Shown here: piece after piece, positions 25,273-34,212 of the stretch
How positions within the stretch are numbered: position 1 is the first letter of the stretch
Layout of the letters: each line of letters starts with the position of its first letter
NCBI GenBank assembly: GCA_964625865.1
Contig: CAZVEV010000001.1
Coordinates: forward strand, 1-62,053
Length of the DNA: 62,053 bases
Reading direction: 5' to 3'
Source: an uncultured Planctomycetaceae bacterium
GTDB lineage: Bacteria; Planctomycetota; Phycisphaerae; SM23-33
Notes under the pieces: model-generated
What the model saw: only the letters and a program-made list of their open reading frames with translations
Databases searched by the model: none
What the model was told of the DNA's origin: nothing
Position numbers and translations under genes: made by a program

Positions 25273-26928
25273 ATGAGGTGCACTACTGCCATGAGAGCGG
25301 CACTGGTTCTGGCGGTGGTTCTGTACGCCAGTTCGCGCGCGATCGCAGCAGCGCCCTTGGGGGCCGGCGGCGAGGCGAACCTCTCGGCGGCGCAGAGTGA
25401 GGTGCTGTATCGGAAGCTCCTGGCAGGTTACTGCGGGGTGATTGCCAAGTCCCGCGACACCGCGCCCATTCCCGTCAAACTTGGCGGGTGGGCCGCCCTG
25501 CAGGTGCCTTCCAGCAGCGTTATGGGGCTTGTGCTTTTGGGAGAGGGCAACACACGAACGAAGGGCCCGCACGCCAAGTGTCTCGACAAGCTCTACACGT
25601 ACGTCGCCCTGGCCAGCAGCAAGAAAGAGGCCCTCCAGTCACATGAATCGTGGACGCTGGCCTTTGCGATCCTGTTCCTGTCGGAGGTCCATCGCGTCGA
25701 GCCGTCGACGAGTCTGAAGAACCGAATCGCCGGCTTGGTCAAGCTGCTCGAAACCGGCCGCAATGGCGAGAAGGGCTGGTATCACAGTCTCAAGAGCGCG
25801 AACTACGGGCCGTTTGTGGGTGTGACGATCTGGTGCACCGCGGCGCTCGCCGCGGCCGCCGAACAGGGCGTGCCGGTCGACAAGGCGGGCCTGGCTGCGT
25901 CATTGAAGGGCCTGAGCAATTCGCTGAGCACCACCGGCGGGGGATACTACTTCACCCACAAGAAGAACGCGCACATGACGCCCGGGCGGACCGGCGGCGT
26001 GCTGTGGGTGCTCTCGCGATACGGAGACCCCAAAGACCCGAAGATCGCGCCGGCAAGGAGCTTTCTCGCTCGCAACGCCGCCGCCGCTCCAGCCGGCCAT
26101 GCGTCGTGGATGATGAACATGGGCTGGGCTGCCCTGGGCGCCTCATCGGCGGACAAGGCCACACGGGATGCGTTCTGGACAGTCCATCGCCCCACGATCT
26201 TCAAGACCCGTGCGCCCGGCGCGTATTTCCGCGTGCAGAAGTGGACCGAGACGGGCTTTCGCGGGGGCAAGAACCCCAAAGCGGCGAAGTTGGGTGACGG
26301 CAAGACCTGGCCGGACCCGATGTACGGTGATGCGTGGGCGACGGTGTGGATGTTCCTGGTCTGGCAGGCCGAGCGGGGCAAGTGCGTGCTGACCCGCAAG
26401 CTGCCCGGCCCAAAGGCTGTCGTCGACCCGAAAGTCCCCGCCGGCGCCGCCCTGAACGAAGAGGCCCTCATCGCCCGGATCAGGAAGGGCCAGAAAGTCG
26501 CCGTTCGCGCCGAACTGTCCGCACTGATACGCAAGAATCCCAATGATGCGAGACTCTACCGACTGCGCGCAATGGCCTACGTGCCGGCCCTGCTCGAACC
26601 GTTCCCGCTGAAGGCCAAGACGTTCATCAAGGGATGGGGCTTCTCGGCCGAGTCGCAGGCCCTCCGCGACCTGGTGATGGCGCTGTCGAGAAAAGAGGGC
26701 AAGGGCGACCTGCCCAACGAGTTCAACGGCGAGATTCACTGGCTTCGGGCCAAGATCCACGGCAAGCGGGCCCTGTCGATGATCCGCCCGAGGAGCACGT
26801 CGTGGATTCCGCACTACAACGCGTTCGGCCGCGAGATCAAGGCCATGCTCAAACTCAGTGGCGATCGCAAGGAAGCCTGGGAACTTCTCCAGGTCGTCAA
26901 CGCCCGCGCCCGCGAGAGCAGGAAGTAG
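25273..26928 (+). CDS. hypothetical secreted protein; possibly alpha/alpha-toroid (prenyltransferase/terpene-cyclase-like) with a helical-repeat C-terminus
   Basis: Signal peptide MRCTTAMRAALVLAVVLYASSRAIAAAP. Alternative ATG 25291 has GAGGTG upstream; the track start 25243 is GTG. Motifs ESWTLAFAILFLSEV, GWYHSLKSANYGPFVGVTIWCTAALAAAAEQG and GGGYYFTHKK. The fold call is weak. Confidence 0.6.
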   Translation: MRCTTAMRAALVLAVVLYASSRAIAAAPLGAGGEANLSAAQSEVLYRKLLAGYCGVIAKSRDTAPIPVKLGGWAALQVPSSSVMGLVLLGEGNTRTKGPHAKCLDKLYTYVALASSKKEALQSHESWTLAFAILFLSEVHRVEPSTSLKNRIAGLVKLLETGRNGEKGWYHSLKSANYGPFVGVTIWCTAALAAAAEQGVPVDKAGLAASLKGLSNSLSTTGGGYYFTHKKNAHMTPGRTGGVLWVLSRYGDPKDPKIAPARSFLARNAAAAPAGHASWMMNMGWAALGASSADKATRDAFWTVHRPTIFKTRAPGAYFRVQKWTETGFRGGKNPKAAKLGDGKTWPDPMYGDAWATVWMFLVWQAERGKCVLTRKLPGPKAVVDPKVPAGAALNEEALIARIRKGQKVAVRAELSALIRKNPNDARLYRLRAMAYVPALLEPFPLKAKTFIKGWGFSAESQALRDLVMALSRKEGKGDLPNEFNGEIHWLRAKIHGKRALSMIRPRSTSWIPHYNAFGREIKAMLKLSGDRKEAWELLQVVNARARESRK

Positions 26929-26965
26929 GGCGGATAAGGTCCGGTTCCAGACGGTCGTGGCGCTG

Positions 26966-28129
26966 CTACCACCGGATTCCGCGGGTCAGGGGATTGCACA
27001 CTGTGAGACCCCTGTAGGTCGTCTTTCTCTCGCCGTTGTACCAGACGATCCCTTCCGGCGGGGCGGCGAGATCGGCGTTCTGCTGAAAGCTGAGGATCCC
27101 TTTGGCGAACTCCGGTTGGAACGTTGTGGCCGACTTGATCTCGACGGCGACGAATGAACGGTCTTTGGGGATCAGGAGGTCCACCTCGTTTCCGTTGCGG
27201 TCGCGATAGAAGTGCAGGTTTGGCGTGCGGCCCTGATACAGGATCGCTTTGACGACCTCCATGATGACGAGATTCTCGTACAGGGCGCCTCTCAGCGGAT
27301 CGCGCTGCACCTGCTCAGGGGTCTCCAAACCCAGCAGCCATGTGGCCAGGCCGACGTCGGTGAAGTACAGCTTGGCGGACTTGACGAGTCGTTTGCGGAT
27401 ATTGGCGAAATAGGGAGGCAGTTCGAACAGGAGATAAGAGGCTTTCAGCACCGAGACCCAGTTCTTGATGGTCGTGGACGAAACCCCCACGTCGTTGGCT
27501 AGTGATGAGTAGTTGACCAGTTGACCGACCCTGCCGGCTAGCAGGTGCAGGAACTCCTCGAATCGTGTCAGGTCCTTGATATGGATCATCGCCCGCACGT
27601 CGCGCTCGACGTAGGTTGCCAGGTAGGAACTGAAGAACCGCCGAGGTCGCAGTTGGTTCTCGTGCAGTCGCGGGTAGAAGCCCTGAACGATCCACGCGAA
27701 AGGCGACTGGTCGGGACGCTTGTACCGCCGGACCTCGTCAAGCGAAAACGGCAGCAGTTCCAGCACGGCGGTCCTTCCCGCCAGGGACTGACTGATCGCC
27801 TGGTGGAGTTGAGGCTGATGGCTACCGGTCAGGACAAACCGCCCCGGGCGAGGATCGGCGTCGATGATGCCCTGGAGGTAGCTCAGGAGTTCCGGCGCTC
27901 GCTGGATCTCGTCGAGAATCGCCCCGTCGGGAAACTCGTCGAGGAGGCCTCGGGGGTCATTGTGACTCTGGCGACGGGTATCCGGGTCTTCCAGGGAGCA
28001 GTACGGCAGCTTGCCGAACGTCATCTGTGCCAGTGTCGTCTTGCCTGACTGGCGAGGCCCGAGTATCGTAACGGCCGGATACTCCGCCGCACATGCCAGC
28101 AGTTCCGCCTTTATTCTTCGTGTAATCAT
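26966..28129 (-). CDS. AAA-family ATP-binding protein (AAA_14 + DUF4143 type)
   Basis: Walker A ILGPRQSGKTTLAQ. Walker B-like RFVLTGS. Typical family body ...YLATYVERDVR..I.DL..F..FL.LLAGRVGQLVNYSSLANDVGVSSTTIKNW.SVL..SYL.F.LPPY. Third positions are visibly more A/T than in neighbouring genes. Confidence 0.85.
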   Translation of the reverse strand: MITRRIKAELLACAAEYPAVTILGPRQSGKTTLAQMTFGKLPYCSLEDPDTRRQSHNDPRGLLDEFPDGAILDEIQRAPELLSYLQGIIDADPRPGRFVLTGSHQPQLHQAISQSLAGRTAVLELLPFSLDEVRRYKRPDQSPFAWIVQGFYPRLHENQLRPRRFFSSYLATYVERDVRAMIHIKDLTRFEEFLHLLAGRVGQLVNYSSLANDVGVSSTTIKNWVSVLKASYLLFELPPYFANIRKRLVKSAKLYFTDVGLATWLLGLETPEQVQRDPLRGALYENLVIMEVVKAILYQGRTPNLHFYRDRNGNEVDLLIPKDRSFVAVEIKSATTFQPEFAKGILSFQQNADLAAPPEGIVWYNGERKTTYRGLTVCNPLTRGIRW

Positions 28130-28367
28130 GGTAACTGTATTATAGTTCAGCCTGTGCGGATTTCAAGTTGAACTTGAGATTTGCCCGGCTGGGTCGTGGC
28201 CGAAGAACGTGTCGCCGCCGTGCCCCGGCCAGGCTCCATATACGCCCCTCAGACGCCTTTGCCGCCCGAAATCGACTCTGGCGCCTCGGCCGGGAGATCG
28301 TCGCTCAGGCCGCCTCTCTGCGGGTCTGAGGGGGTCTGGCTGGGCTTGGGGGCATTGCGCTGGACGG

Positions 28368-29567
28368 CTACTCGGTGGGCTTCAGGAACAGGTAGTACAG
28401 TCGCCCTTCGGCGTGCGTTCGTCCGGCGAGTTGGCCCGCTTCGTTGCCGACACCCATGTACAGGTCGCACCGTCCCGGGGCGCGGATGGCGCCGCCGGTG
28501 TCCTGGTCCAGGGCGAACAGGTGATAGGGGACGCTCTTGATCCTGCCGCCCAGGCGGCGGGGCAGGGGCACGGACAGGAATGCCATTGCTGCCGGCGGAT
28601 ACACCGCCTTGTCGGTCGCGATCGACCGCATGGGCGTTACCGGCTCGTTCAGGCTGCCCCGCGCCGAGCCGGATTCCTTCGCGAAGAACACGTACCGCGG
28701 ATTGCCCCGCACGTACGGCTCGACCTCGTGAGGGTTGGCCTTGAAGTACGCGATCATCGTCTGGAGGCTCAGTGCGTCGGGCAGGATCTTGCCGTCAGCC
28801 ACCAGCTTCTTCGCCACGCTGCGATACTCGTGCCCGTTATTGCCCGTGTACCCCACCGACACCATCTTGCCGTCAGGCAGGCGCAACTGGGCCGAGCCCT
28901 GCACGTGACAGATGTAGACCTCGAACGGATCGGACAGGTAGATCAACTCAAGTCCCGCCAGCATGCCGGTGACCTCGATCTCGCCTCGGGAGGGGTATTT
29001 CGTGATGGTCCCGTCGACGCCCTTTCGCCCGAGAATGGTCCCGTCTTCGCCTTTGACCAGGTCGTCGGGCAGTCGATACAGCGGGTAGGCGAACTTGGGC
29101 GTTCGGACGAGCGAGGCGGTGAAGATCGGCGTGTAGTAACCGGTGTAGAGCACGCCCCCGTTTCCGTCCCAGCCGACCGACGTGTACACGTCGAAGTCGC
29201 GCCGGATGGTCCGATTCAACTCCGAGGGGCTGGCCCCCGAGGCCAGCAGGGCGTCGAACGTCTCAAGGCTGCGGACCACCTGCTCGTGCGTCACCCCGCC
29301 GAAGCCCTGGAGGTACCACTTCTTGCTCGTGGGCTTGGCCAGGTAGTTCAGGCTCCTGCCGATCGCCGGGCGCAGGCCCGTGGTGTCCGCCAGCGCCGGC
29401 GTGAAGTCGGGGATATCAGCCGGATCGGTGATCTTGCGCAGGGCCCACTGTCCGGGGCCCAGCGGGCGGCTGTACTCGGGCTTGATCTCGGGCGTGTCCG
29501 CGCGATGACAGCCGGCCGCGGCGATCACGATGCACACACCGATCAGTACGACAAGACGATTGCTCAT
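28368..29567 (-). CDS. mltA: membrane-bound lytic murein transglycosylase A (lipoprotein)
   Basis: Lipobox IAAAGC. MltA-type body ...YYTPIF.AS......F.YPLYR.PDDLV... C-terminal 3D-domain-like IATDKAVYPPAAMAFL...FALDQDTGGAIRAPGRCDLYMGVG. AGGAGA SD before ATG 29567. Confidence 0.85.
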   Translation of the reverse strand: MSNRLVVLIGVCIVIAAAGCHRADTPEIKPEYSRPLGPGQWALRKITDPADIPDFTPALADTTGLRPAIGRSLNYLAKPTSKKWYLQGFGGVTHEQVVRSLETFDALLASGASPSELNRTIRRDFDVYTSVGWDGNGGVLYTGYYTPIFTASLVRTPKFAYPLYRLPDDLVKGEDGTILGRKGVDGTITKYPSRGEIEVTGMLAGLELIYLSDPFEVYICHVQGSAQLRLPDGKMVSVGYTGNNGHEYRSVAKKLVADGKILPDALSLQTMIAYFKANPHEVEPYVRGNPRYVFFAKESGSARGSLNEPVTPMRSIATDKAVYPPAAMAFLSVPLPRRLGGRIKSVPYHLFALDQDTGGAIRAPGRCDLYMGVGNEAGQLAGRTHAEGRLYYLFLKPTE

Positions 29568-29685
29568 TCTCGACGGTCTCCTGGGGGTCAGTCGTTTGTT
29601 GCAGGTCGTATCGGCAAGAGCGGCGACGCTGCGCCAGTATACCGTGCGGCGCTCGCTGTCGGAGGGTTAAGCGGACGTTCCAGGA

Positions 29686-29737
29686 AAAACGGAAAGAGGA
29701 CGGGGATTTCACGGATTATCGGAGGATTGAGAGGATG
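29686..29737. repeat. repeat family 6, copy 1 (AACGGAAAGAGGACGGGGATT.CACGGATT...)
   Basis: Left arm of the composite element 29686-29935. Confidence 0.8.
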
Positions 29738-29760
29738 AAGGTGTGAGCGTCTGTTCCATT

Positions 29761-29870
29761 GTTTAGCGGGCGAGCTTGCTCGCCGTGTTCCTGGTCGATG
29801 GGCGCAGCGCGTCCGATGCTCTTCGGCGTCGGAACCGACGCCGCACGCGGGGCAAGCCCCGCCGCTAGAC
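29761..29870. repeat. repeat family 2, copy 1 (110-bp unit with GTTTAGCGG / CCGCTAGAC inverted termini)
   Basis: Three successive hairpins: GGCGAGCTTGCTCGCC, GGCGTCGGAACCGACGCC and GCGGGGCAAGCCCCGC. Confidence 0.85.
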
Positions 29871-29885
29871 GTGGAGCCCCCCCCC

Positions 29886-29935
29886 CAATCCCTGTAATCT
29901 CTTAATCCGTGTAATCCTCGTCCTCCTTCCGTTTT
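29886..29935. repeat. repeat family 6, copy 2 (inverted)
   Basis: Its reverse complement AAAACGGAAGGAGGACGAGGATTACACGGATTAAGAGATTACAGGGATTG matches copy 1. Confidence 0.8.
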
Positions 29936-29958
29936 GTCGTCCCACGGCCGCTCGCGTT

Positions 29959-31245
29959 CTATTTCGTCTCGATGCGGTACAGGTGCGTCTTGGTGCGAAG
30001 GAACATCGCCTTGCCCACCACCGCCGGCGAGGCCATGCATCCGGACTCCAGCGTGTTGGTCGCGAGCTTCTTGTAGGTGCGGGCGGCTTCGATGACGGTC
30101 GACTTGCCGCGGTCGTCGAAGAAGTAGACCCGTTTGCCCGCGATCAGCGGGGAGGCCGAATACCGCCCGCCGAGGCGCTCGGTCCACACGGCTTTGCCGG
30201 TCTTGGCGTCGAGGCATGTCAGCACGCCGCCGTTGTCGGAGGTCATGAAGATCAGCCCGTCGACCACCGCCAGCGAGGGCTTGATCGGCACGGACTTGGT
30301 GTACTCCCACGCCACGTGCGATTTCGTCACGTCCCCGCGCCCGCCCGGCCGGACGGCCAGCAGGCGGGCCTTGGTGAAGCCGCTGTTAATCAGCACCAGC
30401 CCGCCGGCCAGCGCGGGGCGACAGACGTTCGAGAAGCCCCTGCCGTACCGGCAGGTCCATATCTCCTTCCCGGTGGTCGGTTCGTACCCGTACGCCGCCC
30501 CCGCTCCGTTGCAGACCAACTGCACGGTTCGGCCCACGTTCAACAGGCTCGGCGTGGAGTACGCCTTGCGATAGTCCCCGTCGGTCTTCCCGAAATCGAT
30601 CGAGCGTGTCGTCTTCCAGACCGTCTTGCCCGTCGCCGTGTCCAGCGCCGCGATGTACTGCACGTCCATGCCGTCCAGCGTCACGATCAACTGTTTGCCC
30701 ATCAACAGGACGCTCGAGCCGGGGCCCATACTGTGGTCGCAGTTCAGGTCGCGGCGGGACCACAGGACCTTGCCCGTCGCCGTGTCCAGGCACGCTGTCC
30801 CATACGTGCCGAAATGCACGTACACCCGCCCGGCCTCGATGGCCCCGGTCGGCGAGGCGTACGAGTTGAGCTTGTTGATGCTCTGCGGGCGGCGCACGTC
30901 GTAGATCTTCACGTCATGCAGGACCTTGCCCGTCTTGCGGTCGGCGCAGACGGCGAACATCTTCTTGCCGTCCGCCGTCGCCGTTGTCATCCATATCTGG
31001 TCGCCCCAGATGATCGGCGAGGACCAGCCGCGGTCGTGGACGGGGGTCTTCCACACGACGTTCTTTGTCTCGCTCCAGGTCACCGGCAGCCCCGTCGCGT
31101 CGGTATGCCCGTCGCCCGAAGGCCCGCGAAACTGAGGCCAGTTCTCGCCCGCTCGCGCCAGCCCCGTCGCCATCACCACTGCCGCCGCCAGCCACACCAT
31201 CTTTCGCATAGTCCACGTCTTTCTCATAGGGGACACGTCACACAT
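29959..31245 (-). CDS. secreted PQQ/BamB-like single beta-propeller protein
   Basis: 428 aa. Signal MRKMVWLAAAVVMATGLARA. ENWPQFRGPSGDGH start typical of this family. Blades such as DQIWMTTATADGKKMFAVCADRKTGKVLH and GLIFMTSDNGGVLTCLDAKTGKAVW. GGGAGG lies upstream of ATG 31245. Confidence 0.8.
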   Translation of the reverse strand: MCDVSPMRKTWTMRKMVWLAAAVVMATGLARAGENWPQFRGPSGDGHTDATGLPVTWSETKNVVWKTPVHDRGWSSPIIWGDQIWMTTATADGKKMFAVCADRKTGKVLHDVKIYDVRRPQSINKLNSYASPTGAIEAGRVYVHFGTYGTACLDTATGKVLWSRRDLNCDHSMGPGSSVLLMGKQLIVTLDGMDVQYIAALDTATGKTVWKTTRSIDFGKTDGDYRKAYSTPSLLNVGRTVQLVCNGAGAAYGYEPTTGKEIWTCRYGRGFSNVCRPALAGGLVLINSGFTKARLLAVRPGGRGDVTKSHVAWEYTKSVPIKPSLAVVDGLIFMTSDNGGVLTCLDAKTGKAVWTERLGGRYSASPLIAGKRVYFFDDRGKSTVIEAARTYKKLATNTLESGCMASPAVVGKAMFLRTKTHLYRIETK

Positions 31246-31315
31246 CCAGCCGGCCTCCCACGATCCTCACCGCCGCTGCATCGGTCCCAACCTTACTCCA
31301 CAACTCCGCCGGCGG

Positions 31316-32416
31316 TCAAGAACCCCCCAGGGCCGGCAGGACGTTGCCCTCGGAGTCGAACAGGGCCATCGCTCCCCTGTTCCAGACGCCCAGGCCCTTG
31401 ACGGGGATCGACTCGGGATACCACCAGAGCACCCCCGCACCGCGCCCGCCGGGCGTTTGGCGAACGGTTTTGATCACGTCGGTCAGGAACGCACGCTGGC
31501 CTGCAGGCGATATGGGCCAGGCCATGTTCTTGCGGGTGGTGTACCGCTTGGCGTCGCGGTAGGGGTAGGCCGTCTCGACCACGACGATGTCCTTCCCGTA
31601 CGCCTTGGCCGTCGCGTGGAGGTTCTCCTTCAGGTCGCCGATCGTCCCGTGCCACCACGGATAGTAGCTCAGGCCGATGATGTCGAACTGCACGTCCCGC
31701 TGCGTGAGGTTATCGAAGAACCACTTCGTCCCGGCGCGGCTGCCCCCGCAGTGGATGTGGACCATGATCCGCACCTTGTCGGTCGGCCCCAGCGGTTTGC
31801 GCACTCCGCGAATGCCCGCCTTGATCAGTTGGGCCAAGCGATCCCACCGTTTGTCCTGGTCCTCTCCGCGGCGGAGTTGTCCGTCCGGCCAGAGCATCCC
31901 CGGGGTGATCTCGTTGCCGACCTGGACGATGTCCGGCAGGGCCCGTTGCTTCTTGAACTCGCCGATGACCGATGTGGTGTAGGTCTCGACTCGCTTGACC
32001 AGCGCGTCGAAGTCCAGGTCCTTCCACGCAGCGGGTTTGATCTGCTTGCCGGGGTCTGCCCACGTATCCGAGTAGTGGAAGTTCAGCAGCAGTTTGGCCC
32101 CCGTCCGTTTGATGCGCTTGGCTAGCGCGAGGGTGTAGGGCAGGTTGTTGATTACCGCACCCTTGCCGCTGGGATTCACAAAGAGCCTCAGGCGATAGCA
32201 GTTGCATCCGTGGTCGCCGAGGATCGCGAGGCAGTCCCGCGGCTTGCCCTTCTCGCGGAATACCCCGCCAAGGGCCTCGATCCGCGTCAGCATGGAGATG
32301 TCTCCGCCGAGGAGGAACTCCTTGCCGTTAACGGGCTGGGCCGCACAGCTCGATCCCAGCACCAGTACGGCTGCGGCGACGAGGCCGGCCCGGTATGGTG
32401 TCAGTGAACGACGCAT
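31316..32416 (-). CDS. arabinogalactan endo-beta-1,4-galactanase (glycoside hydrolase family 53)
   Basis: Signal peptide. GGDISMLTRIEALGGVF, NCYRLRLFVNP, LLLNFHYSDTWADPGKQIKPAAW and VQVGNEITPGMLWPDG match the canonical GH53 blocks. Confidence 0.85.
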   Translation of the reverse strand: MRRSLTPYRAGLVAAAVLVLGSSCAAQPVNGKEFLLGGDISMLTRIEALGGVFREKGKPRDCLAILGDHGCNCYRLRLFVNPSGKGAVINNLPYTLALAKRIKRTGAKLLLNFHYSDTWADPGKQIKPAAWKDLDFDALVKRVETYTTSVIGEFKKQRALPDIVQVGNEITPGMLWPDGQLRRGEDQDKRWDRLAQLIKAGIRGVRKPLGPTDKVRIMVHIHCGGSRAGTKWFFDNLTQRDVQFDIIGLSYYPWWHGTIGDLKENLHATAKAYGKDIVVVETAYPYRDAKRYTTRKNMAWPISPAGQRAFLTDVIKTVRQTPGGRGAGVLWWYPESIPVKGLGVWNRGAMALFDSEGNVLPALGGS

Positions 32417-32521
32417 GTCTTCATGCCTTCAGGAGTCTCGCATCCTTATCGCTAGAGAAATCACCTGCCGTGGTGCCGCACGGGGCCATCACATGCTTCT
32501 TCACTCGGCCGGCCGGGGAGG

Positions 32522-33583
32522 CTACTTCTTGGGCAGCAATTCCAGCATGGCTTTGCCCATCGCCTTGCCGATGCGGTTGAACCAGATCGCGCTGCCCATG
32601 TAGTGGTAGCCGAAGTCCGATCCGGTCTTCTCCCACTCCTCGAAACGCTTGCGCCAGTGCGGATACAGTGCCTCGGCGGCCTTGTCGATCAGCACGTCGG
32701 TGGCGATCGTCTTGACGTTACCCTTGAATTCCGGCACGTCGTTCATTGCGAACTGGGCTTTCTTCACGACGGCCATGTTGCCCGAGGCCGGCTTGGAACC
32801 GTTCTGGCCCATCGCGGCGATCACAAACGGCATCTTCGGCGCCTTCAGGTCCTTGCGCACGTCCTTGATGAAGTGCTTCATGTTCGATTCGTACTGGTCC
32901 GGCCCGATGCCGTACATGTCGTTCCAGCCCTGGAACCAGACGAATCCGGCGATCTCGAGCTTCTTGCCCTTCAGCGCCGGAAACATGGTCTCGTAACTGT
33001 CGAAGACCTCTTTGACCTCAGCGAGCATGTTGCGATAGGAACTGCCGAACGGCTTCTTGATGTCAGCCATCGTCGGCAGGGGATCGTTGCGTTTGCGCTT
33101 CTCGTTGTTCTTCTTCGTGCGCTCCTGTGCCTTGACCAACTCCGCCTGGAAGTACTCGTCGCTCGGCATGCCCGCCGACGGCGAGCGGAACAGCTTGTAC
33201 AGGGAGTGACCGCCCCAGGCGGCCTTGATCAGGATCACCGGCTCGTCGAAGTGGTCTCCCATCACCGTGCCGAACTCCAACTCCGCGCCGGTGCGTCCCG
33301 GCGAGCCGTAGCCGACCGTCAGCCCGCCGCTGCGCTTGAGGAACTTGATAAACACGTCATCCCGCACAATCCACTTGCCGTCCTTCCGCAGGTGGGCGAA
33401 CAGGTCCTTGGTCTTGGCGTCGGTGGCCTGGTGGTCCAGCAGGGAGTTCTTGGCCTTGCCTTCCATATTGGACTGGCCGGCCAGAATGAACACCTTGACC
33501 GTGCCCTCGGCGCCAACCAGCGGCTCGCCGACAAAACACAGCACCAGACCCGTTACCACTCCCATCGTCCGTAGCGTCGTCAT
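32522..33583 (-). CDS. SASA/DUF303-type carbohydrate esterase (sialate O-acetylesterase-like, SGNH fold)
   Basis: VFILAGQSNMEGKA catalytic-Ser block, ILIKAAWGGHSL and GFVWFQGWNDM. ATG 33583 has GGAAGGA 6 nt upstream; the track start 33601 is the alternative. Confidence 0.8.
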   Translation of the reverse strand: MTTLRTMGVVTGLVLCFVGEPLVGAEGTVKVFILAGQSNMEGKAKNSLLDHQATDAKTKDLFAHLRKDGKWIVRDDVFIKFLKRSGGLTVGYGSPGRTGAELEFGTVMGDHFDEPVILIKAAWGGHSLYKLFRSPSAGMPSDEYFQAELVKAQERTKKNNEKRKRNDPLPTMADIKKPFGSSYRNMLAEVKEVFDSYETMFPALKGKKLEIAGFVWFQGWNDMYGIGPDQYESNMKHFIKDVRKDLKAPKMPFVIAAMGQNGSKPASGNMAVVKKAQFAMNDVPEFKGNVKTIATDVLIDKAAEALYPHWRKRFEEWEKTGSDFGYHYMGSAIWFNRIGKAMGKAMLELLPKK

Positions 33584-33843
33584 GACAGTCCTTCCGTCCA
33601 TCGAGGGATCATTCCCGTCGATCAGGCATTGTCCGCACGGCCGATGTCGAAGTCAAATCGCTTTCCGCCGGAACAGAGGAGGCGCCGGCCCGGTGCGCAT
33701 ACCGAGAACCATCGCATCGCAGTAGGCGCAGGCCAAACGGGGCGGTACACTGTGTCACGCGATGTCCGGCAGTGTAGCCGGGCAACGTGTGTACGGGATG
33801 CCCCGATCGCGGAGCGTTCTGGTCGTATGCCACAGGAGCAGAT

Positions 33844-34056
33844 ATGCAGACAAAGCACGTGATTCTCGAACTCCCCGCACAGGGCGAGACCCTGAATGAG
33901 ATTACCGCCGACAAGCAGCATGACGTGCTGAGCATCTCGCTGTCTTCCGTTGCCGACGGCGGCATCAAGCACTTCGCGCTGGTCGTGTGGATCGACAAGG
34001 ACAGCAGCGAGCACTGGCACGTCGGGACGACTCCGGGACGCACCTACAGCGAATAG
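33844..34056 (+). CDS. small hypothetical protein (70 aa)
   Basis: ATG 33844 with AGGAG 5 nt upstream, internal to track ORF 33787-34056. Reads MQTKHVILELPAQGETLNEITADKQHDVLSISLSSVADGGIKHFALVVWIDKDSSEHWHV... No recognisable family. Confidence 0.45.
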   Translation: MQTKHVILELPAQGETLNEITADKQHDVLSISLSSVADGGIKHFALVVWIDKDSSEHWHVGTTPGRTYSE

Positions 34057-34212
34057 ACGCCACTTGGTGACATTCGCCCGCGACCGCCTATGATGGTCTA
34101 ACGGTCATCGTGACCGTCAAGATGTTTATGGTGCCTTCGCGGCGGAAACCGACATCTGCCGCCGGCCCCGAAAACGCCCCGGCAGGGGCAGTCGAAACGA
34201 AAGGACAAGACG

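Noticed and set aside
28209-29738. 509-aa plus-strand ORF antisense to mltA. Similar cases are 43055-44848, 46248-48278, 48614-50164, 50894-52213, 52535-53641, 54606-55943, 55892-57763 and 57722-58840.
   Set aside because: All are antisense to genes with unambiguous family signatures, and all have low-complexity R/G/P/A/D translations.
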